Source: Octopus vulgaris
Lineage: Eukaryota
NCBI GenBank assembly: GCA_951406725.2
Contig: OX597815.1
Coordinates: 44,640,001-44,704,000, forward strand
DNA length: 64,000 nt
Direction of reading: 5' to 3'
The notes under the pieces are model-generated. The model was not told the origin of the DNA. It saw only the letters and a list, made by a program, of their open reading frames with translations, and ran no database searches. This document shows positions 44,819-59,679 of the stretch, one piece after another (within the stretch, counting starts at the first letter, position 1; each line of letters begins with the position of its first letter). The translations under genes and the position numbers were made by a program.

Positions 44819-45072
44819 AAATGAAGTGTATTAAAAAAAAACTGCATTTTTCCTTTCTCATCTCTTTTTCTTATACCATGTAAATGTGTGTGTGGTGTGA
44901 CGAGCTTCCAGTTTCCGTCTATCAAATTTACTCACTTGGCCTTTGTCGATCGGGGTTATAACAGAAGAGAGTTGTCCAAAGTGCTGCATTAAAGGATTTG
45001 TGTTCAGTCCCATCATGCGGCACCAAGACAACCACGCTTGCGCTTGCATTTATGCTTATAATGCAAAAGTTT

Positions 45073-46302
45073 TGAGGGGCCCTGAAAAGTATATGACTTT
45101 AAGGCTATCGCGAAAGGGCTGAACTGTTACCTTTACACGTGAGGTAGGGCAACCATTTAGGAGAAGATATGCAAAAATTATAATGGTATACAATATAACT
45201 TTCACTTTTTTGCAGAGTTAACGCATGATGGCAGCTCCTACAGTGAATTGTGTTAAAATTGATGCACGGGCGGTCATGAAGGTTGTCTTTTTGCAAGGCA
45301 AAGGAGGGGCGGAAATCTATGGCGAGAAGCAGGAAGTCTTCAAGGAGGGAAAATTTGGGTGTCAAGGTTCGGACAGGTCATTTTGAAGTCGCAGATGAAC
45401 CCCGGCCAGGACGGTCAACTTCTGCGACCACACAGGACAAAGCCGACGTTGTGCACATCATGATTCTCGAGTACCACCGGATTTCAGCTGAAGTAATAGC
45501 TGATACTTTGGGGATTTCCTGCGAAAGAGTTGGCCACAACATTCACAACAGTCTGGGCATGAGAAAGCTTTCCGCAAAATGAGTGCCGAAATAGCTGAAC
45601 GGAGATCAGAAGCGCATCAGAATAACAACATTAAAGGTGATTTTAGCCCGGCCTGCAACGGGAGAAGCAGATTTTATGGCTCATTTAGTCACCATGGATG
45701 AAACTTAGCTTCATCATTATGATCCATAGACCAAGCAGCAATTAATGGAATGGTGCCACAGCGATTCCCCGCGTCCTAAAAAGTTTCGGACCCTAAAATC
45801 AGCTGGAAAGATTCTGGCTTCACTGTTCTGGGAGAAAGACGGAGTACTCCTCATAAAATACCTACAATAGGGTTGCACCATCAACGCAGAATACTACATA
45901 TCTCTGTTGGATGAACAGCGTGAAGCTTTGAAGCAGAGGCGCCGCGGAAAGCTGAGCCATGGTGTACTGTTTTTGCAGGACAATGCATAAACTGCACATT
46001 GAACTCAACGGGAAATACGCGACTTTGTCTACTAATTGGTAGACCACCCACCTTACTCTCCTGCCTTAGCCCCATCCGACTATCACCTCTTTCCACAGTT
46101 GAAGAAACATCCTAAGGGAACAAGATTTCACTTCAATTCGTAAGTGATCGCTACTACAGAAGCCTGGTCGGAGGCCCAACCTTCTGTGTTCTTTAAAGAC
46201 AACTGCAGCAAGCGTGTGAATCTGAGAGGGATAAAATCATAATTAACTGATCCTCCTCTATTTTCTTTTACCCAAAGCCAAGAACTTTTCAACGGCCCCT
46301 CA
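45073..46302 (+). mobile_element. Near full-length decayed mariner transposon (DD34D)
   Basis: TIRs TGAGGGGCCCTGAAAAGT / ACTTTTCAACGGCCCCTCA(TA). The pseudogene retains DEPRPGR, RKLSAK*VPK (WVP), VTMDET, FLQDNA and HPPYSPALAPSDYHLF, with many stops. Confidence 0.92.
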
Positions 46303-46836
46303 TAAGTGAAACTGAGCGCTTATTTTTATTACTGTGGATCATTGACCTGGAAATATATGAAGAACAAAGCAAGTTCTGTGAAGAACGGACCTGCTATTGA
46401 TCAACCCACAGAATTTCTGCTTTGTACTGCCATACTTAAGTAGAGGATATCAAGCCGCTTTATTTTCATCGACAAGGCAGGTAAAGCAAAACCGATGGAA
46501 CGCTGAAAGGTACTGTAATGGCTAAGCTCAGGTCGTTGCCTCTCTAACGTAGACTTATCTATTCCTTCAAGTATCAATTCAAGTGGATGGTGAGTGTTCA
46601 TTCAGCCAGTAAATCGTATGAAAAGTGCTTCAGACTTACAAGATTATTATAAAACTATGTTTTTAGTCTACATTACGTTTGGGGTCTACGGCCTTATGAA
46701 AGCATGTCAATGAGTTTCGGCGGGTCGTCTTTTCTCATAAGTGGCAGCATATATATACGTACATATATGTATGTATTATATTTATGTATATGTTTACGTA
46801 TATAGATATCTTTATATATACATACATACACCCCAC

Positions 46837-46868
<32 letters not shown>

Positions 46869-46942
46869 ATCAAAATAAACAGGATCTCAATTATTTCTTA
46901 TATATATGTATATATATATATATGTGTGTGTGTATATATATG

Positions 46943-46990
<48 letters not shown>

Positions 46991-47299
46991 CACATACATA
47001 CATATATATACATATATATGTATATATATATATATATATATACATAAATACATACATATATAGATACAAATATTTACAAACATAATTACATACACTCACA
47101 AAGTGTATACCATGTACTAATCAAATATAAACGTGTATATATATATATATATATATATATCTGTGTGCGTGCGCGTGCGTATGTGTGTGTGTGCACTCAC
47201 GTTGAGTATATTTAGTTACGATAAACACAATTTTACATTAATGTAGTGTGTCACGCTATCCTTTCGTAGAGTACAAATTTATTATTCTGAAATAAGAAT

Positions 47300-47720
47300 A
47301 TGGTTGACAGTGACTTCGAAGTTTCGGCCTGCTGAGCCATAGTCAGACGGCGATGCATTAGAGCTAGTTGTGCCTTTATATTGTCTCTGTTTTGACAGAA
47401 TCCCCCTCAGGAGGAGTGGGTTTGAGTGGAGTGGTAACTAAGGTTTTGCGGATGGTTATTATGGGGAGTTATTTCGTAAGTTCTACATACATGAATAAAT
47501 TTTAAACTATAGCATAATCCCAAATTTAATCAATTAAAATTTGTCCAAAACACCTCTCCATAACAACTAACCCTAACACTTAATGAACACTCCACTCAAA
47601 CCCACATACCCAATGAAGATTTTATTTTAACAGAGATTTATGAAGGCAAGACTATAATGCATCATAATCCGACAATGGCTTAACTGGCCGAAATTTCGAA
47701 GTCACAATCAACAACATTCT
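47300..47720. repeat. Diverged ~200-bp inverted repeat with a hammerhead motif at each outer end
   Basis: GTGGGTTTGAGTGGAGTG (47416-47433) mirrors CACTCCACTCAAACCCAC (47588-47605). HHR motifs: CTGACTATGGC..GGCC-GAAA-CTTCGAAG-TC (-) and CCGACAATGGC..GGCC-GAAA-TTTCGAAG-TC (+). Confidence 0.8.
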
Positions 47721-47799
47721 TGTTTATATATAATCCCCCTACTATCAGAATGATAATAGTAATAGTTCTAGCGGCATCAAAGATAAAGTAATACATAAC

Positions 47800-48460
47800 C
47801 CCTCTAACATTAACCAGAGTAAGAGACCTAAAAATAGGCCAAGGAAAATTATTTGGTTTGCCCGTTCCTTTTCCCTTAATACAAAAACTAACAGGTAAAA
47901 GATTCCTGTCTCTCCTAGACAAACACTTTCCAGCAACTCACAGATACGGGAAGATATTTAACAGGCGTTCTGTGAAATTATCACATAGCTGCTGCCCCAC
48001 TACGAAGAGCACCATTACACGTGGTCAATATCATGAGCCTATATCCAGTTGTAACTGTCGCGACCCAGGATCAACGATGTATGACTATGTCTATCATATA
48101 TGAGGCAGAAGTTACTGCAACCCTAAATAATAATACAATAGATAAAAAGATCAACATTGGATTATGTGAAAGAGAATTTAAAAATCGTTATGCCAGTTAC
48201 ATAACCTCCTTCCAACATAAGGACAAAAGTAAAGCTACGAAAGTTGGCCAGCAAAGTATGGAGTTTGAAAGATAATGAAACACGACATGTGATGAGTGGG
48301 AAATAGTTGAAAAATTCATACTTCATGTTAATGGATCGCATAAATGTAGGCTTTGTTTAGCTGAAAGAACGCATATCCCGTTTCGATGTAAGATCCCTAA
48401 CTGTCAACTGAAATTTTCAGCGGTTGCAAGCATATGTATAAATATATTTTGCCTTCTTAA
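47800..48460 (+). pseudogene. Penelope-like element RT-thumb/linker plus C-terminal GIY-YIG remnant (possibly Hydra clade)
   Basis: RKIIWF..., GKRFLSLLDKHFP..HRYGKIFNRRSVKLSHSC, CNCR, SIIYEAEV..NIGLCEREFKNRY, KCRLCLAE; frameshifted. Confidence 0.8.
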
Positions 48461-48470
48461 ATTGTCGCAT

Positions 48471-48525
48471 GTGCCTGATGAATTTGTTTGAGATATTTCT
48501 CAACATACGAAACTATTAGTAACAC
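48471..48525 (+). ncRNA. Hammerhead motif directly 3' of the PLE ORF remnant
   Basis: GTGC-CTGATGA-ATTTGTTTGAGA-tatt-TCTCAACATAC-GAAA-CTATTAG-TA-ACAC. Confidence 0.7.
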
Positions 48526-48823
48526 CTAAATATATGTAGTGTGTCCTTTAAATAAATAATATTTATCTGTCACCAGATGGAGTGCTTTTTTTCTTGAATT
48601 GTAAAGTGTATTTGTAAAGTGAATTGTAAAGTTTAATCGTAAAGTCAATTGTAAAGGCATTCACAGTTCGTCTCGAAGCGGGGATGAGATGGCCGTCTCA
48701 TTTGCATCGTAATTATATTCATTTCATTATCATTTTCCATTCGTTTTTATGTCTCCGCATGTTTTTGTATGTCCTCTCTGTATGCAGGCCTTGTGCCTAT
48801 AATAAAGAGAACCGGTGATTGCC

Positions 48824-48866
48824 GTGCGCTGACGACGGGTAAATACTCAGAAACCGGGGTCCGTGC
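48824..48866 (+). ncRNA. Minimal hammerhead motif
   Basis: GTGCG-CTGACGA-C-GGGTA-aa-TACTC-A-GAAA-CCGGGG-TC-CGTGC. Confidence 0.65.
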
Positions 48867-49102
48867 GTATCACGTCAGGTCGACGATGGGAAGGATGGCT
48901 TCCCTTTGCAAATACTAATAGGGACAGAAAGTGTGTGAATAGCCAGCTGGAGATGTTCTCCTGGGGCTACAAGCTACAGTAGCATCCACCCTTAGTGGTT
49001 AGCCACATTTAAGTGGCAAATATACTTCACATTGTCGTGCAGCTTCTGTTTATACCTCGTTCAGAGATTTATTATTGCTTATATATATATATATATATAT
49101 AT

Positions 49103-49179
<77 letters not shown>

Positions 49180-49433
49180 TGTATACACGTATACATATTT
49201 ACACGTATATATATTCTTTTATTTTTTTTGCTTGTTTCAGTCATTTGACTGCGGCCATGCTGGAGCACCACCTGATAAACCCATTGACTACTACTAAATT
49301 CAGGCCACGACAGACAAAGAGGATGTTCTTGAAGCAGAGAATCTGAACTTACGGAGACAATATTTACATATCGCCTGAGGAAGCACAAGTAGGTCTCATA
49401 ATGCAGGGAAGCGGTTGCATCATCAAGTATCTC

Positions 49434-49474
49434 CACGCCTGAAGACCTGCGTTGCGTGAAAACAGTTGTAGTGA
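49434..49474 (+). ncRNA. Degenerate hammerhead motif
   Basis: CACGC-CTGAAGA-CCTGCgttGCGT-GAAA-ACAGTTG-TA-GTG. Confidence 0.45.
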
Positions 49475-51019
49475 TTAAAAAATAAATGTCAAACAGTACT
49501 CCTTCTTGTTGACTACATTTTTTTTCATTTATCTCTTAACACACAACAGAAGCCCAAGCGCAAACCTGGAAGTACGTATAATTACTACCACTGGAGAATA
49601 CGGTGTAAATCTGAAGGTCGACGAACTTTATACTGTAATCTTCTTCGTTCTTAACAGAGTATACCATAACTATATCTCTCTCTATATATATATATTCAAT
49701 TCCCGAGCGTTATACTAATACATCTGTTTGTTTTCTTCACCACCTGTCTTTGTCTTTTGTTTTTTTTGTGAATTCTCCCTATATATATATATATATATAT
49801 TATATATACAGAGAGAGAGAGAGCTTTATCTAGTCAGCCCTAAACCTATCAATAACAAACCTATAATAACTATTAGAAACAGCTATAAGTTAAATTTACT
49901 ACAATTAAAAAATTGTAATGACCATTAGTTATGCTTTGTCTTGTATATCACTCTGTGTAAAAGGTAGAATAACTGGAGTACTACCGTGGATTTACAATAT
50001 AGAATGAACTATAATCTCGAACCCGGCTACAAGAACACGCCGAATTCTTTACTAATTTAAGCAATATCGTTAGCCTGGTGTATTAACACACATACACACA
50101 CACACGCACACATATATGTAGGAATATATAAATGTGTATGTATATACATATATGTGTGTATATGTGTGTGTACGTGTATATCTAGTTTCCGTCAAACAAA
50201 TTTGCTAAAAAGTCATCGATTGGCCCAGAACTATTGTAGACGATACTGGCCTAAGTGACTGCGCAGCTGGACTGATCCTGAAACCACGCAGTTGAGAAGT
50301 GAATTTCGTAATTCCATATCCATGCCGCAAACACGGACAAACACACACACACAACCATCCACGCACATACACACAAACATACGCACACGCATACACACAC
50401 TCACACACGCATGTACACGTGCTGGCGTACGTGTGCTGCATATTGTTTCGGGCAGCATCTCGGCCTACGCGACTAGTAATAAGTCGTTGAGCATTGCCCA
50501 TCTATTCATACCACAGTATGAACGAGCATAATACGAAGGTAATAGTGAAGTGTATTGATACGACATAAAGTTATATCACATTTGGAAAGCTACATTAACA
50601 ACAGCAGCTGAAGATATTGAATTTACATGCATGGATCTTACAGTAAACACCTTCAAAATTCGGTGCGAAATGCTCGTGCATTCTTTCAGATCTAGAGACA
50701 GAATCAATTCTATTACTCTAAACTCTAGTTGATCTTGAAAAACGGATTTTGAAGTAAAGGAATCGAATTGCTGAGATGCGGTTTGCATATATAATTTAGA
50801 AGCTGAACAGTAAAAATATACAAGATTTTCCAAAAGTTCAATATGTAACTCTTTGCACAGTAGATGTTATCTAAATCTTAGTCATTGATAACGCTTTATT
50901 TCATTTGGGGTAAACTAGCTCTTTTATAAGAAAACTTAAAATAATTAAAAATAGAAATGCACGAATGCATGCCTACATTCATACATACGTACCTCATACA
51001 TACATACATACATATATAT

Positions 51020-51228
<209 letters not shown>

Positions 51229-53019
51229 CATACGTGTGTGCGCGGGGGGGTGCATTTATATGCATATATATAAATGTATGCATGCATGTAGTTATGTATG
51301 TAACCGTATCTATCAAAAATTGGGTTTACGCATGTCGATTGGACGTTTTTATGATTATTTAATGGTATTCATATGGTAACTGTTTACCCAACTTACAGAT
51401 TTCTAAACTTGGCATATCTCAAAAAGATACACTTTCTGTTTCAGTTATTTCTCACAGGGAATCATTTACATTTTTTCTATTCTTCCTTTCTCTCTAGATT
51501 TCTTTCTTCCAATCTCACTTTTTTTCCTCTCTGATTTCTGTCTTTGTTTTTGTTTTTATTTCGTTTTCTTTGTTTCTTTCTTCGTTTTCTTCTACTATTT
51601 CATTTGTTGCTTATTTCTAAATAAACTCATTCTTGTATAATTGACTGTATTGGCTTTATTAAAAAATATAATTATAATTAATGCATATTAACTCTAAGTC
51701 ATTAAATGTGATTAGTATGGTTTCATATTCATGTCAGATGTATTAACTTTAACTAAGGGTGAAACGGATTATTCTTCTCAGTCGGTTTCAATTTAAAATA
51801 AATCCAGATTTATATATTACTATAACATATTCGCTGGTACACTAATGAAGAGGCATGGTTATGCTGTTGTTTAAACCCGAGGCCAGTCATATTCTAGAAC
51901 ATTCCGGATATGACTAACTTATTCCGGACTTGCCCAAATGTTAGCGGTATGTAGGACAATATTTTCTTATTTAAGAACGTAGCATGAAGTTTGTTGGAGA
52001 ATTGAATGCCATTCCCTGCAGTTGGAGAGACGACGTCGAGGTTCATTATAAGTTCAAATGCTGTCGAGGTTAACTTTGTGTCTCATTGTTTCGTGGTCGA
52101 TAAAATAAGCACCAGTTCGGCAGTGGGGGTTTATGTAATAGACAAACCACCCACATCACTAAAATTGCTGGCCCTGGGGCAAAATTTGCAACCATTATAT
52201 ATTGCTTGTTGCAGCTGGTTCAACTGCATTATTAATGCGGTCAAGAAATGCAAGAAAGTTAAGTCTAAGTATAGAAGGTTAATAATTAAATATTCGATTG
52301 TAAAAGCTCATAAACTTTTCTCGAAGCATTATTGTTGTTGTTGTTTTTTTCTTTTATCAGTGATCTATCCGAGAATTATAATTAACCAATATTTTAAATG
52401 ATTTTCTTTCGAAGAAGCAAAGAAGTTAGATCTCTCATTTAAATTACATTTTAGCGATTTCGAATAAAAACTTCAAAGATGTTTTTTCCGGTGCGTAAGC
52501 CCCAATGTGTTCGGTCGATCTGCTAGAAATTGTTACCAACTTGCAGACTTAAATAAATAGCATATTCGATTTACCGCCAAGACAAACAGCAAAAATTACC
52601 ATTCTACTCACGGCTGAAATAACTTTCATCGTAGGTTTGCTCAGTCAGGGTGGTTTTGGGAGTCTTGATTGAGCGAGAACAACTGCAAAAATATCTTCAT
52701 GTAGCGTGTATATTTTTGTCCTAAAATCCGCAACAACTTCATGTAAAATCTGCAATAGTAGTTATAGATGCAAAGGACATATTTCAAAGGGTAACCCCAT
52801 ACCACACATGCACAGACACACACAAACCAAAAACGAACAACAAATCTATCCCTCTATACATATATACATACAAACCTATGTACATACATACGTATATACA
52901 TACATACATACATACATACATACATACATACATACATACATACATACATACATACATGCATGCATACATACATACATACATACATACACACATACATACA
53001 TACATACATACATACGTAC

Positions 53020-53057
<38 letters not shown>

Positions 53058-53123
53058 ATTCTCTTACGCTATCAGGCACTATATTATCCGAAATGTATAG
53101 ATCGATAGATAGATCGATCGATC

Positions 53124-53208
<85 letters not shown>

Positions 53209-53409
53209 GCAGGGATTTGGGGATCTCGGTCGTTCGAATATGAGGATTCATTTGTTCGTTCTTCTGAATTAATACGGAGATGCTGCGTATTCTGTAAACA
53301 CGTATACTCTTAAAGTAATTGTCTTGTAGAATCAGTGTGACACTACAAGTGTTTATCTTTGAAATCACAGCTAGAACTCAATTGATGAATATATATACAG
53401 TTTCCGTCT

Positions 53410-53798
53410 TGTGGAGGCGCAATGGCCCAGTGGTTAGGGCAGCGGACTCACGGTCATAGGATCGCGGTTTCGATTCCTAGACCGGGCGTTGTGAGTGTTT
53501 ATTGAGCGAAAACACCTAAAGCTCCACGAGTCTCCGGCAGGGGATGGTGGTGATCCTTGCTGTACTCTTTCACCACAACTTTCTCTCACTCTTACTTCCT
53601 GTTTCTGTTGCACCTGTATTTCAAAGGGCCGGCCTTGTCACTTTCTGTGTCACGCTGAATATCCCCGAGAACTACGTTAAGGGTACACGTGTCTGTGGAG
53701 TGCTCAGCCACTTACACGTTAATTTCACGAGCAGGCTGTTCCGTTGATTCGGATCAACCGGAACCCTCGTCGTCGTAACCGACGGAGTGTTCCCCTCC
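53410..53798 (+). mobile_element. tRNA-derived SINE (family A head, different tail) with TSD
   Basis: 14-bp TSD TACAGTTTCCGTCT (53396-53409 and 53799-53812); inserted into a family B SINE remnant. Confidence 0.85.
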
Positions 53799-55747
53799 TA
53801 CAGTTTCCGTCTATCTAATTTCACTCACAAAAGTATGGGTCGAAGTGTTATATGGCCAAGATACAATAACTTCATTTTCACATATATTAAATTGAAATAT
53901 CATTAGTATATGAGGTTCTGCTAAAGCCAATTTCCTTTCTACCCTTTTCTACGATCACTTATTTAATCCTTAAGTTGGCCCTAATTTCCTTTAGGCTGCA
54001 CGTAGAACATTACATACCACACGTTTCGAAACTGAATTTCATTCGAAGGAATATTCAAGGTTGGATAACACACTAATACTGCAACAATGCGAATACTTCA
54101 CAAGAGGAAAGACGTTACTGTGTTCATGTTTGTATTTGGCTAGGCCGATCCCGTTCGAAACCACCTGAAAATCATCAGCTACTGATTATGATTACCTAGT
54201 ATTGTATGCCAGTGACTGTTTTATCTAATGATTCCTTCGTTAAAACTGAAGTTTTTGCTATTTTTAGCGATTCAAGGAGGAACGTAAAGACTTTCTTGTT
54301 CGCTTGTGACTGATGTCGAAAATTGTAAACAAGGATTAGTATAAGCTGTGTTGAGGCTTTAGGAACTAAATTTCCAATATCATTGTCAATCGTTCTTTTG
54401 ACAGTCCAAATCATTCTGTATTCACTTTAAGACAGGATAACATCTATAGCTCAAGGGAGATTTGGCTGCTATCTCTGACAGTTCGAGTGCTCACTTAGGG
54501 GTTTATTTGACCTGTCGGCTGATTTTAATTGTGGAGCCGACTTCTCTGTGTAACTTTGTTAAGTCTCAATTAATTATATTGGAATTATCAATATAACGTT
54601 TTAAATTGGCGACGAAAGATTATTCCCACAGTTATGAATTGCATCCCGACGTCCATATGGCACCATATTAATTTATTTTATTTTATTTTTGGAACAGTGA
54701 ATCTCGAAACAGATAAAGCTATAAATAATAGCGTGTAAATGTTGGGTTTAAAAACCCTTTGGTTAGAAAAGGCCAAAGACCGCATGCAGGACTCAATCCT
54801 ACATCTTCTGCAGACATGACATACGTTTTGCCATTCGACCGAAACAATCCTACCAATTTATTTATTTTAGAAATTTCATTCTTACCAGTGAGAATTCTAT
54901 GTTGTTGACGTCACAAGACTAATTAATTTTCGAATGAGATATGGATGAATTTGCTGCTGTTTATTGTCTGCTCAGCCATGACTGGGCAACCCTTTGATCA
55001 AAGACATTTTAGCTATGATCAACCTGTCTTACTTTTAGACACGGTACATCTAGCGCAACAAGACGGCGAGCTGGCAGAAACGTTAGCACGACAGGCGAAA
55101 TGCGTAGCCGTATTTCGTTTGCCGTTACTTTCTGAGTTCGAATTCCGCCGAGGTACACTTTGCCTTTCATCATTTCGGGGTCGATTAAATAATTACCAGT
55201 TACGCACTGGGGTCGATATAATCGACTTAATCCGTTTGTCTGTCCCTAATTGTCCTCTCTGTGTTTAGCCCCTTGTGGGTAGAAAAGAAATAGGTATATC
55301 TAGCGCTACATTATCCTCTGTATTGTTCCACTTATAAAAGATAGTAGGATGACATTTGAGGCAGAATTAGTTGTTATTTATAGCAGCTTTAGCAACTACA
55401 TAGATGTTACTTCATTGGTTCCATACGGATACAACAAGATCCATATACTGAAATTTTTAAGGAGTTACAGGTTTATTTATAATCATTATTTGGAAACTTT
55501 TATAAAAAGCTGTTCTTTTATTCATTTATACTGAGAGTTTCTTAAACGAGTGAAACTGCTTTAATATATTCTTCATTCATATCCTTCCGCTCATGACTAT
55601 CAGGCTTTCTTTTACTATTTCATTAAAATCATGTTTTCAAAGAACGGACTATTCTCTTTGAAGGTTACTAGATGTACCATATCTTTTTTTTATCTGACCT
55701 ATCGTTTCTAGTGATCTGACAATAGTCACTCTGTTTTTAACTTTCAG

Positions 55748-55982
<235 letters not shown>

Positions 55983-57189
55983 TGCTTGGTTGTCTTTCTC
56001 TGTCCGTCAGTTTGTCTCACTCTGCTGAATGGTATGGAATTAAAAATTGACTCATACGGAGTTGATTATTTTTGTTTGTATCGATTCGATTTCTAGTTGT
56101 ATCCATTTCATCTCAGTTACATCGTTAATCTGTTTTGAAGATACGAACATTACACACACTTATATCACTACTACCGCTCTCATTTTTTAAAATATGCATC
56201 TAAAGAAGAAACATCTATTGTATTGATAGTAACCCTCGTCGATATGCTATAGTTGGATTCAGCGAATCGAATCCGAAATTAGTGATGCTCCATGAACATC
56301 AGCAATATCCTCTAGATTTGGCAACAACGTCACTGCTTGAGTTTATCTCCATCTGAAATCTTAAGTTTCATGTCACAAGAAGAAATTATTATAATTATGC
56401 TGAAATTAATTAAAACGGCAAATATCTTCGGTAAGAATATCAATGAGTTAATTCTAGTAATAAGAGCCGCTTAGTGCTTCACTGCCAATAGGGCTACTTT
56501 CATAAACTTGAGGAGGATGCAAACACTTTAGATTATTTTAAAATTCAATTAGCAGCAATTAGCTTCTCTCAAGCGATTACATTATATACTGTAACCGAGA
56601 GAAACAAGAAGTGTTTTCATAACATCTTACAGTCAGTACATTTCGTTGTTTTACATTACTTGAAGTTAATGAATATCGTTTTACTACAGTGTATAAATAT
56701 TGGTTTCAAATTCTGGCAACAAGGTTAGCAATATCTGGGATGGGCTAAGTTGATTACATCGACCCCAGTACTAAACTGGTACTTATTTTATCGTCCCCGA
56801 AATGATGAAAGGCAAGGTCGACCTCGACAGAATTTGAACTCAGAACGTGAAGATGAATGAAATGCAGCTAAAATATAGTATATAAATATTGATTTCTTGT
56901 ATTGATATGAAATCGGAGATCTATGACTGGCATAAAGATTATTATTCCTATTTTCCAAGATAGACACAATTTCATTCCTTCTTTCTTCTCTTGAGCCCTT
57001 AAATCTTGACACAGTTGTGGGGACACCATCGTGAAATAAGGCATGTCTTGAATATTTTAAAGAACCCTAGAACTGAATGAAAAGTAAAGTTGACCACTGG
57101 GAGAGGGATATGAACTCAGAGAGAAAAGAATATCGAAGGCATTCTGACAACATAACGACACTTCTGGGCACAATAAAGATAATATAACT

Positions 57190-58100
57190 ATCAGAGTTAC
57201 TGCCCTCTAGGCGATTTTCTACTGGTGTGCGTCATACTTGCTTTTATAAAACTCCTATAATGTGAATATCTGTCAACACATGTCCAGCAATGTGAATTAG
57301 AGCGTTGGTCATTCTTGTCAGCATGTAAAACAATACTGAAATCTTTTAAAGCTTCTGTTTCAATAGCTGCTCTGAAACAATATATTGTATTGATCATCTT
57401 GTATGGTTTTCGAAATCTCACCACAAGTATTTGTAGTATGTCACAGATTTCACTGTGTCATGGAAGTAGATTTGGACAAACTTCGAATTGTCATCATCTG
57501 AAAGTAATGATCCGATCATGTGGCAAACTTTTCCCAGCACCTAAAATGTAGAGCCGTGAGCTCTAATTTTGTTGAAACCCAAAAGAATCCAATGCCGGGA
57601 CATTGTTATAGGAATGTACATTTTCCAGGAAACTGTTCCGTGTTTGAGCAACATCGAAGTACCTAAGAATATTTGTTGGAGTTGGCTACAGTTTGTCTAG
57701 TTTTACTATCTCTTCAAACCAACAAAGAGATTTTGATTCAGTATGTCATCTGTAAGCTTTACACTATTAGCAAATATCGTCGAAGAGATTCCCTGCATTG
57801 TGTGAGTGCATAAGAGACAGAACATCGCTCTTGAAAGTCATCGAAATTGGCATTCATCGCTAACACTTTAACATACTCGTTCCTAGTTTGAAAGTTTTTC
57901 ATCTATTCGCCTGTTGTACTTATTCGGTTTGCTCTTTCAGCATCCTGTTTGTATACACTGCTGTTATTATTCGTATTTCACTACTATTTGCAGGAGACAT
58001 TTGTTTGCATATCCTGTACATTTTGATAAAGATTATCAATTGGCACTTGAATATTCACAGATTGTGAAAGCTGGTTCATTGTATTACTTTGAAGTAAATT
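57190..58100 (-). pseudogene. Possible very decayed RTE-like LINE RT remnant
   Basis: Only scattered relics, e.g. FDDIC near 57780 resembling FADDI. Confidence 0.3.
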
Positions 58101-59576
58101 ATTTTCCTCTTAAGATACACTCACCAATCTCTCATGTGTAGTAGAAACAGAATCATATTCTCAACGCCTACGTGCATATTCAAGCGTTTCTTTCAGTAAC
58201 TTTGCCCGGGTTTCTTCTGATTCAGTTGATCTTCTCTCCATTTGTCGTTGTGCCTTTGTTGCGTATTTTTTCGGACGATCCATGTTAAATAAAAAAAATC
58301 ATGTGTAAGACAATCAGTATTATATTATATTGTATTATAGTAGTGTAATCAACGTAGGCACAGAAATTAACCCAAGACTTTTATTATTCAAAGGACTATG
58401 GTTTACACATTTGTGTATAACGAAATAAAACTTGAAACGAAACATTTCTAAGTGTTTTTTATATGATAAATAGTGTAAAAACGTTTATAATTATTCTAGA
58501 AGTGTTTCAGAGAAGATCTTTGTAATCGCTTATTTTTAATTAAAACATTTGAACAGAGGCGGTAAAGAGCGAGCGAGAGAGCGGGTGAGAGAGTGAGATC
58601 GTGAGAGAAGGGGAAGAGAGACAACTTTGCGAGGAAGAATGTGAAAAAAAACAGAGTGTGCAGAAGAAAGACGAAAAGTATTAAATGAAATACTAGAGGA
58701 AGGAATACACACGAAGTTTATGAGATAAAGTGAGAGAAGAGGCAAAGACCAAAGGAAATACGCTGAAAAAATGATGAGGAGAAAATTGAGAGAAAAAATG
58801 TTGTAAGGACGGAGAAGCAGAAGTTTGCAGGGAAACAGTAGAAGAAAAAGGATAAAAATGTAAGGTTTTAGAAGTTGCTGAATATGCTGCAGTGAATAAT
58901 TATTTTTCTGTCGAAGCGTGTAGTTGAAATTTCCAATAATAAAAGAAAATTGAAAACCACATTTTGATACATTTTATTATAACTGGAATTTATAAGAATT
59001 TTCTGAATAGTGTAAATTTTAATAATTGCTTTCTTTTAATAAAAGCTTCATACTCATAACTAATTAATAAGCAGATTTCTTTATTATAGTTTAGGACTAT
59101 AGTATACTTGGCTCAGAGGGTTCGGTAAAATATCGCTCTGAAAGATTTAAAATACTTCCTTTCGTCCATCATGGGTTTGATCGCAAATCCCATTGGCGTC
59201 ATTAACATCCTGTTATGAAAATAATTCTATCGCAACCGGGCTAGATTCGATTCAGTAAACTATATTACATAACCTACATAAATACTGCAGTCCTAAGTTT
59301 CCGACCGGAAAGAGAGAATTTCTGAACTTCTCCAGAGAAATTTAAGATACGGTCTTTAGTTACACTTAATGTCGATTTATTTACGTTGCTGAATTCCTTT
59401 GTAAAGTAATTCCTTGAGAAATATAGAATTTTTTGTTGCTTGTCAAAGAGAAGCCAATATAATTATTGTTCCAATAACCAAATGTAGTAATATTTCATAT
59501 GAGATAAAGAAAATACACAAATTTTGTAGTTTTTAAAAAATTTTTTCTATACAAATTGATATATTGGTGTTGCTGT

Positions 59577-59648
59577 CTTCTTCTTCTTCTTCTTCTTCTT
59601 CTTCTTCTTCTTCTTCTTCTTCTTCTTCTTCTTCTTCTTCTTCTTCTT

Positions 59649-59678
<30 letters not shown>
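59577..59678. repeat. (CTT)n microsatellite
   Basis: Direct reading. Confidence 0.95.

Positions 59679-59679
<1 letters not shown>

Noticed and set aside
50576-50833. Possible hAT transposase C-terminal relic
   Set aside because: Resemblance too weak to support by eye.
54196-54416. Possible minus-strand exon (AG...GTAAT)
   Set aside because: Weak polypyrimidine tract, the only open frame ends in a stop at the donor, and there is no recognisable homology.
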